DNA of 64,000 bases from Gemmatimonadaceae bacterium (GCA_037721215.1 JBBJNV010000003.1:55646-119645), one strand, 5' to 3'; positions 31,080 through 41,135 are shown, numbered from the stretch's first letter. Notes: generated by a model from the sequence alone, not told the origin. Translations and numbers: made by a program.

Positions 31080-32350
31080 AATTCGCCGGTGCGTGCCGCC
31101 ACTGCAGGGGAAGACCAGAGATCGAGCTGGCCTGACGTTCTGACCCGGTGCAGGAGGTGAGACGATTCGGGATCCAGACGACCCGGCGTGTAGTCGGCGG
31201 TAGTGATGAACGGCCGAGCTCGCGATAACGCGACCTGGAGCCGTTGCAGATCATCCATTCGGAGTCGTGTCCAGCGTCGAGCGGCGATAATCCGCTTGAC
31301 GCTGCGTACGCCGATACCGGGGATGCGTAGCAGCTCCTCCTTCGGCGCGACGTTGACGTCCATCGGGAATCGATCGCGATTGCGAAGAGCCCACGCAAGC
31401 TTCGGGTCGAAGTCAAGCTCGAGGTTGGGAGTCGCGAGCGTGGTGAGCTCATTCACCCCGAACCCGTAGAACCGCATCAACCAGTCCGCCTGATAAAGGC
31501 GATGCTCCCGCAGCAGTGGCGGAGCCGCAGCGGGCAGGACGTTCGATGCATCCGGAATGGGACTGAAGGCCGAGTAATACACGCGCTTCAGCTTTTGCTC
31601 GGCGTAAAGCTTTGCGGATGTCTGGAGCAATACCGAATCTGTTGCGTCAGTGGCCCCCACAATCATCTGGGTTGCCTGCCCAGCCGGGGAGAATGCTATC
31701 GGGCTGCGTGTAACTCCCGGGCGTTTGACCTGTGCCTGATTCTCCCGGGCTTCGGCGATACCGTCACGGATCGTACCCATCGCCCGAGTGATCTGCACGA
31801 GATTTTTTTCTGGAGCCAGTGCGTCGAGATCGTTCTGGCGTGGAAGCTCCACGTTGATGCTGAGGCGATCTGCCCAGCGTCCGGCTTCGCGGATCAGTTC
31901 CGGCGCCGCGCTGGGAATGGTCTTCAGATGGATGTAGCCCGCGAATCCGTGGGTAAGCCGCAGCGTTTTCGCGACGGCAATGAGCTGCTCCATCGTGTAG
32001 TCCGAGTCACGGATAATGCCCGAGCTGAGAAACAGGCCCTCAATGTAATTTCGACGGTAGAAGTCGAGGGTGAGCCGGACTACTTCGTCGGGAGTGAAAC
32101 GGGCCCGCCGAACGCCGCTGGACCGACGGTTGATGCAATAAGAGCAATCGTAAATGCAGAAGTTCGTCAGAAGGATTTTCAGCAGCGATACGCAGCGTCC
32201 ATCGGGCGTGTAACTATGGCAAATGCCGGTGCCCTCGGTCGATCCAATTGCGTTTTTGGCCGCCTTTCGCCCCTTGGCCCCGCTGCTTGCACACGATGCA
32301 TCGTACTTGGCGGCATCGGCGAGAATCGCGAGTTTCCCGATGATTGTCAT
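31076..32350 (-). CDS. Putative DNA modification/repair radical SAM protein with HhH (TIGR03916 type)
   Basis: ATG at 32350; LADAAKYDASC, CIYDCSYC, YIHLK, RLYQADWL, LLRIPGIG HhH; GTGA overlap with the downstream fusion gene. Confidence 0.93.
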   Translation of the reverse strand: MTIIGKLAILADAAKYDASCASSGAKGRKAAKNAIGSTEGTGICHSYTPDGRCVSLLKILLTNFCIYDCSYCINRRSSGVRRARFTPDEVVRLTLDFYRRNYIEGLFLSSGIIRDSDYTMEQLIAVAKTLRLTHGFAGYIHLKTIPSAAPELIREAGRWADRLSINVELPRQNDLDALAPEKNLVQITRAMGTIRDGIAEARENQAQVKRPGVTRSPIAFSPAGQATQMIVGATDATDSVLLQTSAKLYAEQKLKRVYYSAFSPIPDASNVLPAAAPPLLREHRLYQADWLMRFYGFGVNELTTLATPNLELDFDPKLAWALRNRDRFPMDVNVAPKEELLRIPGIGVRSVKRIIAARRWTRLRMDDLQRLQVALSRARPFITTADYTPGRLDPESSHLLHRVRTSGQLDLWSSPAVAARTGEL

Positions 32351-32513
32351 GCACCGAAGATAAGCCGAAACACAGCCTGGATCAACGCGCGCGCCGATCT
32401 CGAGCCAAGTCTGATCCAACTCTGACTCTGGGATGAGGCCGGGATGAGGGGTGATGCGCAGTATACGCACGCAGGCGCGCTGTGAAATACTCACATCTAC
32501 TACGGCGGCACTC

Positions 32514-34257
32514 ATGTTTGTACCAAACACCTACTTCGCGGCCGTCCGCTTTGGCGTTGCTGCAATCCTGACAGTCGGATGCAGTGAGCCCTCTGGCCCT
32601 GGAGGCACCGCCGAGGCCAGAACGATCCGTGTAAATATCGCAACGACAGGCGCCCCCGCAGACCTCGATCGGGACGGCTATACTCTCAGCTTCGATGGCG
32701 GGGTGGGCCGACCTGTTTCTGGCAACATTGCGGTGCTGATACCCGACGTATCACCGGGCGCGCATCTGGTGGAGCTCAGCGGCCTGGCGCCAAACTGTTC
32801 AATTGATGGTACCAACCCGCGCTCGGTGGACGTGACCGGAAACGACACAACAGCTCCGATTTTTGTGTCCTTCTCCGTTTTCTGCATCCCGATGACGGGT
32901 AGTATCCGGGTATCGACCGTTACATCGGGTCCCGACACGGATTCGGACGGTTATCTGGTGTTTTTGCCGTCCGTTCCACCTATCAAATTCCCGGCGAATG
33001 GGTACGCAAACGATCGCGGGGATCAGGGTCGGTCAATATCAGGTCGGCCTGAGCGGTGTGGCTGACAACTGTAGCGTCGATCAGCCCAGTCCAAGGGTGA
33101 CGGTTGCGTACGGCCAGACGGTCGACGTGTCGTTTGCAATTAGCTGCGTCACAGCAGGGACCTTTCAGGTGACGACAACTACTACCGGGGTCGTGCTCGA
33201 TTCGAACGGATACTATATCCAAATCAAGAGGCAAGGTTCAAATAGTAGTGCAGGCGCTAACACTCCAGTGAATGGGACGGTCACTCTCGGCAGCCTGCTC
33301 CCCGGTGACTACCTGCTCACGCTTTTCGATGTAGCGCCGAATTGCGATCCGGTGACGCCGAGCCCGCGTGTGGTTACCGTCGGCGCGGGAAGTCCGACTC
33401 AGATTGTCGTGGACGTTCGGTGCTCAACTCCTGCACAGCTCGCATTCGTAAAAGTTGTCACCGCCAACAATCGCGAGATCATGGTGATCAACTCCAATGG
33501 CACCGGTGAGAGGCAACTAACCTTCGAGCCTTCGGCGGATGTTGATCCTGCGTGGTCGCCGGACGGTAACAGGATTGCTTTCGCCAGCGACCGTGACGGC
33601 AACCGCGAGGTTTACGTGATGAACGCGGACGGCTCGGCCCAGGTCCGACTCACCAGCACTGCTTCGGGAGACTATCATCCAGCCTGGTCGCCCGACGGCC
33701 GGAGGATTGCCTTCGTCAGCGAGCGCAACGGCAATGCCGAGATCTATGTGATGAATGCCGACGGTACGAATCCTCTGCGTCTCACGAGCGACAGCGCGAC
33801 CGACGATGACCCTGCGTGGTCGCCCGATGGACGCCGAATCGCGTTCCGAAGTGGCAGGACGGGGGGAGGGGATATCTATGTGATGAATGCGGACGGCTCG
33901 GAGCAGAGCCGCCTCACAACGAACATTTATCCAGACGCTCAGCCGTCATGGTCGCCAGCCGGAACCAGAATCGCATACTCCGGTGGCGTATCATCTTCAT
34001 TGCGCGATATATATGTGATAAACACCGACGGCACAGGGTCGACGCGTTTCATGCTGGAGTATCTTTTGCCCGAAGACCCGACGTGGTCCCCAGATGGGCG
34101 CAAGATCGTTATCGCCGGGCTCTATTCCGATTATTATTACGACGACGTCTCTCTAATTCAGATTGTCACGGCGAACGGTACCCCGCATTCCACGACAATC
34201 GAGGGTAACGCCCCCACACGGGTCACTCACGTCTCCCAGCCGACTTGGCGGCCGTGA
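32514..34257 (+). pseudogene. TolB/PD40-repeat lipoprotein interrupted by a +1 frameshift near 33000
   Basis: Lipobox LTVGC in the first frame; homologous SGxAxNC repeats in both frames; AATGGGTACG has one extra G; WSPDG repeats in the second frame. Could be a sequencing error. Confidence 0.75.
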
Positions 34258-34303
34258 CGGACGTGCGAAAGGGTGGAGAATTTCGATGAAATTCCGACAA
34301 GCG

Positions 34304-35530
34304 TTACGGACAAACCCCTGCGGCCGGACCGACTACAGCGAGCGCGTTCGCCACTGGCCGTTCGCCGGTGGCGTCTGACGGCCGGTTAACAAATCGGCCG
34401 TTGACAACCATGGTGGTGGAGCCACCACCATCGGTATTCATTGCCTCCATGGCACCGAGTCGCGTGAGCAGGGCCGTAAGCTCGATGAGTGTCATCCCGG
34501 CGCTATAGCCGGGCTGACGGCCGTCGACGGTAACGAGTAGCACTTTCCGGTCGCCCGTCACTGCGAACGCGGTGCGCGGATGTCGCTCGGCGGCGACAGT
34601 GCCGGCAAATGGTGCGAGGCTGATTCCGGCGCGCAACAACTGCGGATCGCCGGCAATCATCTCGGCGACTGCCGCTGGCGCGGCCGGGAAGCGCATCACC
34701 CACGAGATGGTATCGCCGACCGCAATGTTGGCGCGGAGATAAGCAGCGCCTCGTCCCTTTCCAGCGAGCACCATACCGTCGCTGGGAATGGCAACTCCGG
34801 CGGGCACGGTGTCGATACTTTGTGCTACCGCGCGAACCGTGTCTCCCACACCAGGCGCGCGCCGAATGATCCGCGCGACGACCTCTACTGCGGCCTCTGC
34901 GTCGAGAGTAGTCGGCCCGACGAACCTGTTGTAGAGAGCGATACGAAGCGTATCGGGTTGCTCGTTGACGCGGCGCATCTCTGAGGTCACACCGCGCCGC
35001 GAGCGAAGCGTTCCGGTGAGTTGATCGGCACCGAAGAAGGTGGTAGCCGTAGTCGTGACGCCGAATACGGGGCGGCTTGTGTAACCACGCAGCGGCTCGC
35101 CTTCGGTAACCTGTGTACCGCTCGGGTAGCCGGCCGGCGTGAAACTGAAGTAGTCTCCGTTGACGGCGGCAAATACCGGGCGGTTCAACCGGTTCGCAAG
35201 ACGCGCAGAGAGTTGCGTCGTAGTTTCGCGTCCTACCAGTTGATCGAGCGCCTTCACTGTTCGGAGCGCCACACCGCATCGCGCAAGGTCGATCTCTACA
35301 ATATTTACCGCCCACGGTCCGGCGACTTCCCAGCGAAACGTATGACGAACGCCGGGAGCAATGTCGAATGAACGAATCGTGTCCGTGGGGACGCTCGGCA
35401 CTGGAGTTGGCGCAGGCGCGGGCGCCGTAACGGGCCGCGGCTCGGAACAGCTGAGCGCGGCGAGCAGTGCAACTGCGAGATGGCAGCGCGCAAGCGTTGT
35501 TCGGCCGATAAGGGGCGGGGTGATCTTCAT
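34304..35530 (-). CDS. Phosphodiester glycosidase (NAGPA-like) lipoprotein
   Basis: AAVNGDYF, RHPRTA, VTVDGRQ, NTDGGGST; lipobox LSC. Confidence 0.9.
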   Translation of the reverse strand: MKITPPLIGRTTLARCHLAVALLAALSCSEPRPVTAPAPAPTPVPSVPTDTIRSFDIAPGVRHTFRWEVAGPWAVNIVEIDLARCGVALRTVKALDQLVGRETTTQLSARLANRLNRPVFAAVNGDYFSFTPAGYPSGTQVTEGEPLRGYTSRPVFGVTTTATTFFGADQLTGTLRSRRGVTSEMRRVNEQPDTLRIALYNRFVGPTTLDAEAAVEVVARIIRRAPGVGDTVRAVAQSIDTVPAGVAIPSDGMVLAGKGRGAAYLRANIAVGDTISWVMRFPAAPAAVAEMIAGDPQLLRAGISLAPFAGTVAAERHPRTAFAVTGDRKVLLVTVDGRQPGYSAGMTLIELTALLTRLGAMEAMNTDGGGSTTMVVNGRFVNRPSDATGERPVANALAVVGPAAGVCP

Positions 35531-35678
35531 GTGAATCCGGGCCTCCGCTCTTCCAAGGTTTGCAGCGTGTGTGCTGATGCAAGAAGGCGCAAAGACAATA
35601 TGAGTGCCCTCCATCTCAGGCGCCACTGACCTTGCTCGATTACCGGGCGATCACACGCTGGCGCCCGACTTGCGAAGT

Positions 35679-35723
35679 GTGTCCGTTCGAACGGTGTCCG
35701 TTCGATGAAAAGTGTTCGTTTCA
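35679..35723 (+). repeat. Direct repeats upstream of the L,D-transpeptidase gene
   Basis: GTGTCCGTTCGA at 35679 and 35694, degenerate GTGTTCGTTTCA at 35712; palindrome CCGTTCGAACGG at 35683-35694. Confidence 0.6.
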
Positions 35724-35742
35724 TGTAGAAGAGGAAGCAACC

Positions 35743-36435
35743 ATGTACCGAAGCAACCGAGTCAAGCTCATCGTCGGATTTGCCGTCACGCTCGCAACTG
35801 CTGGATGCGTCAGCTCGAACGACGACGAAAACGCCGTGCCGGCCGACAGCGCCGGGATCCCCAGGACTGTAACCACCGTGCCGGCCACGCCTGATTCCGT
35901 GGCCATGCCCGTGGCGCCTCCCGATTCGGTGGCGATGGTGCCTCCTGCAGCGCCTGTCTCCGACATGCGCCTCGAAGTGGATCTGGCTGCCAGAAAACTC
36001 TACGCGTACAAGGGCAGCGAGCGAGTTGCGACGCATTCTGTTGGGGTGGGATCGAAGGAGTGGCCGACAAAAACAGGCGAGTGGAGGGTGACTCAGGTGG
36101 TCTTCAACCCCGAGTGGGTTCCACCCGACGAAACGTGGGCGGAGGAGAAGGAGCCGCGCGAGCCAGGCGACCCGAAGAACCCGCTCGGAAGGATTCAGCT
36201 GGTGTATGATCCTCCGCGCTCGATCCACGGTACAAACGCCCCTTCCTCGATCGGCAAGGCGATCTCGCATGGCTCGATCCGCGTGACGAACCAGGTCGGG
36301 CTGAAAGTCGCGAAACAGTTGCTGGAATCGGCCGGAGTCGGCAAGGATTCAGCGTGGTACAAGGAGGCTGCGCAGAATCGATCGGTGAAGCAGATTGTGG
36401 ACCTCCCGGGAGGGGTACCGATAAAGGTGTTTTAG
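35743..36435 (+). CDS. L,D-transpeptidase (YkuD) lipoprotein, catalytic Cys replaced by Ser
   Basis: ATG after GAGGAAG; lipobox TAGC; NPEWVPP, NPLG, SIHGTN, SHGSIRV. Confidence 0.88.
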   Translation: MYRSNRVKLIVGFAVTLATAGCVSSNDDENAVPADSAGIPRTVTTVPATPDSVAMPVAPPDSVAMVPPAAPVSDMRLEVDLAARKLYAYKGSERVATHSVGVGSKEWPTKTGEWRVTQVVFNPEWVPPDETWAEEKEPREPGDPKNPLGRIQLVYDPPRSIHGTNAPSSIGKAISHGSIRVTNQVGLKVAKQLLESAGVGKDSAWYKEAAQNRSVKQIVDLPGGVPIKVF

Positions 36436-36543
36436 GGCTTTACTTCCGGGCCGCATCCAACCCGATGCCGCGTACAGGCTGCGTGGCGACGATACCGTAC
36501 CGGTCTCGAGAACGGACAAGACTCCAGAAAGGACATTTGACCG

Positions 36544-37698
36544 ATGCCAATCGTGGCCGGCAGGATTTTGCCAGCGTTGCTGCCGGTAGCACTGCTCCTG
36601 GTGGTCGCTCAGACAGGCTCCGCGCAGAGCGCGGATACCGCCGTTCGTGAGGCCTGGTGGCATCGGATATCTGCCGGAGGCGACATGCGCCTACGCATGG
36701 AAACGTTTCAGCAGGACAGCGCATTCGACCGGTTTCGCGGCAGGGTGAGGCTGCGGGTCTCGGCTGGCGCGCGGATCAACAAGGATTTCGATGTAGGTGT
36801 GCGTCTGGCGACGGGAAGTCCGTCGGAACTGACCTCAACCAATCAGACATTCGGGCAATGGGGAACACGCAAGCCTGTCACGCTCGACCGGGCGTTCGCG
36901 GTTTATCATCCATCCCGAATTCCGGCATTACGTATTGGCGCAGGCAAGTTTGCGTATCCGGTGCGGCTGACGAACATGATCTGGGACGAAAACCTCAGTT
37001 GGGAAGGCGCGTACGAGCAGCTGGGGACATCCAGGGGCGGCGTTGATTTCAAACTGACTGCGGTGCAGTCGCAGATGAACGAGTTGCGCCGGGCGAAGGA
37101 CTCATATCTTTACGTCGAGTCTGCCGAGTTGCGGTTTGCTACCGGGCGTTACCGCACCGGGCTCACTGTGTCGTCACTGAAGTTTACCAATCCGGATCCG
37201 CTTGCCGTTGACATCGACAATAATGTGCTCAACGGCCGGAGTACTAATCGTCTGGAGCGCAACGCGAGCGGGTCGGTGACCGGGTATGCCTCTGACTTCA
37301 ATCAGATCGACCTGATAGCCGACGTTGCGGCAGAAACCGGGCGCAAGGGATATCCCATCAAAGCCACCGCGGATTTCGTGAGGAATCTGGACGCATCTAC
37401 GGAAGACGATTCCGGCATATGGATTGAAGGACAGTACGGCGAGGCGAAGGCGATCCGCAGCTTCATGGTCGGATATACCTTTGCGCGCATCGAACAGGAT
37501 GCCGCGCTCGGGGCGTTTGTGTTTGACGACATGCTCGGCTCGAACGCAGTCATGCATCGCCCGTTCGTCTCCTATGTACCGCTGGCGAATGTCAACGTCG
37601 ATGTCGGCTTGATTTTCTCCAGGTGGATCAAACCGCGGCCAGAAGACAACAACAACCTGTTGACCCGCGTTCAGCTGAGTGCGCGCGCGCTTTTCTGA
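36544..37698 (+). CDS. Putative porin
   Basis: Signal peptide, GDMRLRME, STNQTFG, WDENLSWEG, C-terminal Phe. Confidence 0.8.
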   Translation: MPIVAGRILPALLPVALLLVVAQTGSAQSADTAVREAWWHRISAGGDMRLRMETFQQDSAFDRFRGRVRLRVSAGARINKDFDVGVRLATGSPSELTSTNQTFGQWGTRKPVTLDRAFAVYHPSRIPALRIGAGKFAYPVRLTNMIWDENLSWEGAYEQLGTSRGGVDFKLTAVQSQMNELRRAKDSYLYVESAELRFATGRYRTGLTVSSLKFTNPDPLAVDIDNNVLNGRSTNRLERNASGSVTGYASDFNQIDLIADVAAETGRKGYPIKATADFVRNLDASTEDDSGIWIEGQYGEAKAIRSFMVGYTFARIEQDAALGAFVFDDMLGSNAVMHRPFVSYVPLANVNVDVGLIFSRWIKPRPEDNNNLLTRVQLSARALF

Positions 37699-37822
37699 GC
37701 GCGGGGCCAGGAATGCTGTTAGCCCGAATTCTGGCCATTAGATTCATCTGAGTACAGCGCCCCGCGAAGATCACCTCGTCGGGGCGTCGACACATTCCCC
37801 TCTCGATACCAAGCACCCGCCA

Positions 37823-39415
37823 GTGACCGAGTTGGAATCCGCGATCCGCCGCCGGCGGACATTCGCGATTATAAGCCATCCCGACGCCGGGAAAACGACG
37901 CTGACGGAGAAGCTCCTTCTATATGGAGGAGCCATCCATCTCGCCGGCTCGGTCAAGGCGCGCCGTGCCCAGCGCCACGCAACATCCGACTGGATGAAGC
38001 TGGAGCAGGAGCGCGGTATCTCGGTGACGTCGAGCGTGATGCAGTTCGAGTACGAGGGCTATCACGTCAACCTGCTCGACACCCCGGGTCACGAGGATTT
38101 TTCCGAAGACACTTATCGTACCCTCGTCGCTGCCGACAGCGCGGTAATGCTGCTCGACAACCGGCGCGGTGTCGAAGAACGCACCCGCCAGCTCTTCGAA
38201 GTCTGCAAGCGTCGCCGTATCCCCATCTTCACGTTCGTCAACAAATGCGACCGTGCCGGTGAGGATCCGCTCAAGCTGATCAGTGACGTCGAAGCGGACC
38301 TGGCAATAAAGTGTCACCCGATAACCTGGCCAATTTTCAGAAACGGCATCTTCGTCGGCGTATACGACCGCCGCCGGAAGCTGATCCATCTTTTTTCCCG
38401 TGACGACGAGCACGGAGCAACGCGCGCTGAGGTGAAGGTGGGTGCCATCGATAGTGCGGAGCTGCGCGATCTGCTGGGCGTCGAGTCGCACGAGCAGCTA
38501 GTGCACGACATTGCGCTTCTCGACGAAGCGGGCCACCCCTTCGATCATGACGAGCTTCTTGCCGGAGAGCTATCGCCGGTGTTTTTCGGCAGCGCGCTCA
38601 CGAATTTCGGTCTCGAACCGTTTCTCAGGGAATTTCTCGAGTTGGCGCCGTCACCACTTCCACGCGACTCCACGGCGGGAGTCATTCAGCCAACCGACCC
38701 AGCGTTTACAGGTTTCGTGTTCAAGATCCAGGCGAACATGGACCCCAGGCACCGCGATCGTGTCGCATTTGTTCGCGTTTGTTCAGGCCGCTTCGAAGCG
38801 GGGATGCAGGTAAATCACGTGCGAACGGGAAAGTCGATGCGCCTTGCCGCGCCTCAGCAGTTCATGGCGCGTGAGCGGACGGCGATCACCGAAGCCTGGC
38901 CCGGTGATGTCATCGGCGTTATGGATCGAGGCACTCTTCGTATCGGCGACACGCTGTCCGGAAACGGCGATCTCGAATTTCAGGGCATTCCTCGGTTCCC
39001 GCCCGAGCACTTTGCCCGCGTGATCATCAAGGATCCGATGCGGCGCAAGCAGCTCGATGCGGGGTTGAGGCAGCTCACGGAGGAAGGCGCGGCTCAGGTG
39101 TTCTTCACGTCGGGCACCGATACTACGAGCCCAACGCCGATTGTCGGCGCAGTTGGCCTGCTTCAGTTCGATGTCATGCTGTTCCGCCTCGAGACGGAAT
39201 ACGGCGTGGCTTGCAGGTTCGAGCCGTATGCAGGGCGTTACCCCCGCTGGGTGACCGGGTCCGAGGAGGATATCGAACGGCTGGCACGAGGCCAGGGGAC
39301 AACACTCCTGTACGATGCCAAGGGAAATCCGCTCCTTCTTTTTCAGGACATGTGGGCGCTCAAGTGGGCGCAGGACAAGGAGACCAAAATGGGGTTCTCC
39401 GAGAATGCGCCGTAG
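37823..39415 (+). CDS. prfC: Peptide chain release factor 3
   Basis: ISHPDAGKTT, ERGIS, DTPGH, NKCD, FKIQANMDPRHRDR. Confidence 0.96.
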   Translation: MTELESAIRRRRTFAIISHPDAGKTTLTEKLLLYGGAIHLAGSVKARRAQRHATSDWMKLEQERGISVTSSVMQFEYEGYHVNLLDTPGHEDFSEDTYRTLVAADSAVMLLDNRRGVEERTRQLFEVCKRRRIPIFTFVNKCDRAGEDPLKLISDVEADLAIKCHPITWPIFRNGIFVGVYDRRRKLIHLFSRDDEHGATRAEVKVGAIDSAELRDLLGVESHEQLVHDIALLDEAGHPFDHDELLAGELSPVFFGSALTNFGLEPFLREFLELAPSPLPRDSTAGVIQPTDPAFTGFVFKIQANMDPRHRDRVAFVRVCSGRFEAGMQVNHVRTGKSMRLAAPQQFMARERTAITEAWPGDVIGVMDRGTLRIGDTLSGNGDLEFQGIPRFPPEHFARVIIKDPMRRKQLDAGLRQLTEEGAAQVFFTSGTDTTSPTPIVGAVGLLQFDVMLFRLETEYGVACRFEPYAGRYPRWVTGSEEDIERLARGQGTTLLYDAKGNPLLLFQDMWALKWAQDKETKMGFSENAP

Positions 39416-39616
39416 GGCGGGGTCTGAATTGAGGACTGCGGGTCCATGACTGGCGGATTCAGGGTTCGCTGTTGCGGGCACCTGTCGTCCGCAGTCAGAG
39501 TCTGCAGTGCGTCCGCAATCCGAAACAGGCCCTCGGTCCGCCGCCGTCCGCATGGGTCGCGGCTTCCTTGTGATATTGACAGGTTTGTCCTGCGAATTTC
39601 GAAAGGGGAACGACGC

Positions 39617-41110
39617 TTGATCGATGGCTTCGAAAAACGGTCACGCTGGATCGGCATGCTCGCTGCGAGCGCAGTTTGTTCATCCGGTTGCACGTCCATA
39701 CAGCCCGCCCAGACGCAGGCGGTCGCCGCGCAGCCAGCTCCATCCACTGACCAGCCGATTTCCGCTCGACTTGCCCTGGCGACATTTGATAGCGTCTGGA
39801 CGATAGTCCGGCGCACCTATGTCGACACCGCCTTTGTGGCCAACCGGTGGGGCCTGGTGCGCGACTCGATCCGACCCCTTGCCGCTGTGACGACATCGCG
39901 AAGCGGCCTCAGCGACGTTCTGGCAGCCACTCTCCGACCAATCAGCGACTCGCATTTCTACATCATCCCCGCCAGGGCGGCAGCCGCTGTCTCGGCTGAC
40001 GGTGACGGTGAGGGAGGCGAGGGGACGACAGGCATGGCGGTGCGGATCGCCGGAGGGCACGTCGTGGTCTGGAGCGTCGTACCGGGAAGCCCGGCAGCGA
40101 TCGCCGGCGTAGTAACCGGCCGGCGAGTGGATCAGATAGGCAACCGTGTCACCAGCACATCGCTTTCGCGGCTCGCGTCGCTCCCCGAGGTATCGCGCCA
40201 GCGCAGCACCTCGCAATTGCTGCAGCGACTGAACGGAGCGCTCTCGCCATCTGTTGGGGATACCATTCAAATCCGCCTTACGGGAGACAAGAGCATTCCA
40301 GCAGTCACGCGCACGCTGACGGGAGTGAAAGCCGACGGAACGATCTCGAAATTCGGTAATCTTCCGCCGATCGCCGGTCGCGTCCGCGCCACGCGTCGCA
40401 ACGTTGGGCTCGCTGGCCAACCAAGCGGGGAATCAGCGGGACTGTCGACCGGGCAGTTGACGCGGCAATCGGCCGAGGAATCAGCCGGGCCATCATCCCG
40501 GCAACCACCTCGGCAGCCCTGCATTGGTACCATCGCGTTCAACATCTGGCTGCCCGCGCTCGCACCTGAACTCGAACGCGCAGTGAGCCAGATAGCCGAC
40601 TGTACCGGGGTTATCATCGACCTCCGCGGCAACCCAGGCGGCGTCGGAGCCATGGTAATGGGCTTCGGCGGCTACTTCGTCGACTCCGCCCGATCGCTCG
40701 GCACCATGCGAACGCGAGATGTATCGCTGCAGTTCGTGATCAATCCACGGTTCGTTCAGGTTGGCGGAATGCAGCGGGGGCCCTACCAAGGTCCGGTCGC
40801 AATTCTCGTCGACCCGATGACTGCAAGCACGTCCGAGATATTTGCGACTGGCATGCAACGCCTCGGACGGATGAGGGTATTCGGTGAGCGCAGTGCGGGC
40901 GCGGCACTGCCTGCGCTCATGCGGGAGCTGCCGTCTGGAGATGTCTTCGTCCATGCAGTCGCCGACTTCACCGATCCCGATGGACGCCGTATCGAAGGGG
41001 CGGGCGTGGTGCCCGACGAAATCGTCCTGCTTTCGGAGAAGGACCTGTTGAAAAACGTGGATGCACCACTTGAGGCAGCCGCGCGCTGGATCAGAATGCA
41101 GGGCAGATAG
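39617..41110 (+). CDS. S41 peptidase lipoprotein with PDZ
   Basis: TTG after AAAGGGG (start inferred); IIDLRGNPGG, TASTSE, IEGAGVVPD. Confidence 0.9.
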   Translation: MIDGFEKRSRWIGMLAASAVCSSGCTSIQPAQTQAVAAQPAPSTDQPISARLALATFDSVWTIVRRTYVDTAFVANRWGLVRDSIRPLAAVTTSRSGLSDVLAATLRPISDSHFYIIPARAAAAVSADGDGEGGEGTTGMAVRIAGGHVVVWSVVPGSPAAIAGVVTGRRVDQIGNRVTSTSLSRLASLPEVSRQRSTSQLLQRLNGALSPSVGDTIQIRLTGDKSIPAVTRTLTGVKADGTISKFGNLPPIAGRVRATRRNVGLAGQPSGESAGLSTGQLTRQSAEESAGPSSRQPPRQPCIGTIAFNIWLPALAPELERAVSQIADCTGVIIDLRGNPGGVGAMVMGFGGYFVDSARSLGTMRTRDVSLQFVINPRFVQVGGMQRGPYQGPVAILVDPMTASTSEIFATGMQRLGRMRVFGERSAGAALPALMRELPSGDVFVHAVADFTDPDGRRIEGAGVVPDEIVLLSEKDLLKNVDAPLEAAARWIRMQGR

Positions 41111-41135
41111 CCATAAACCTCTCACAAGAAATCAC

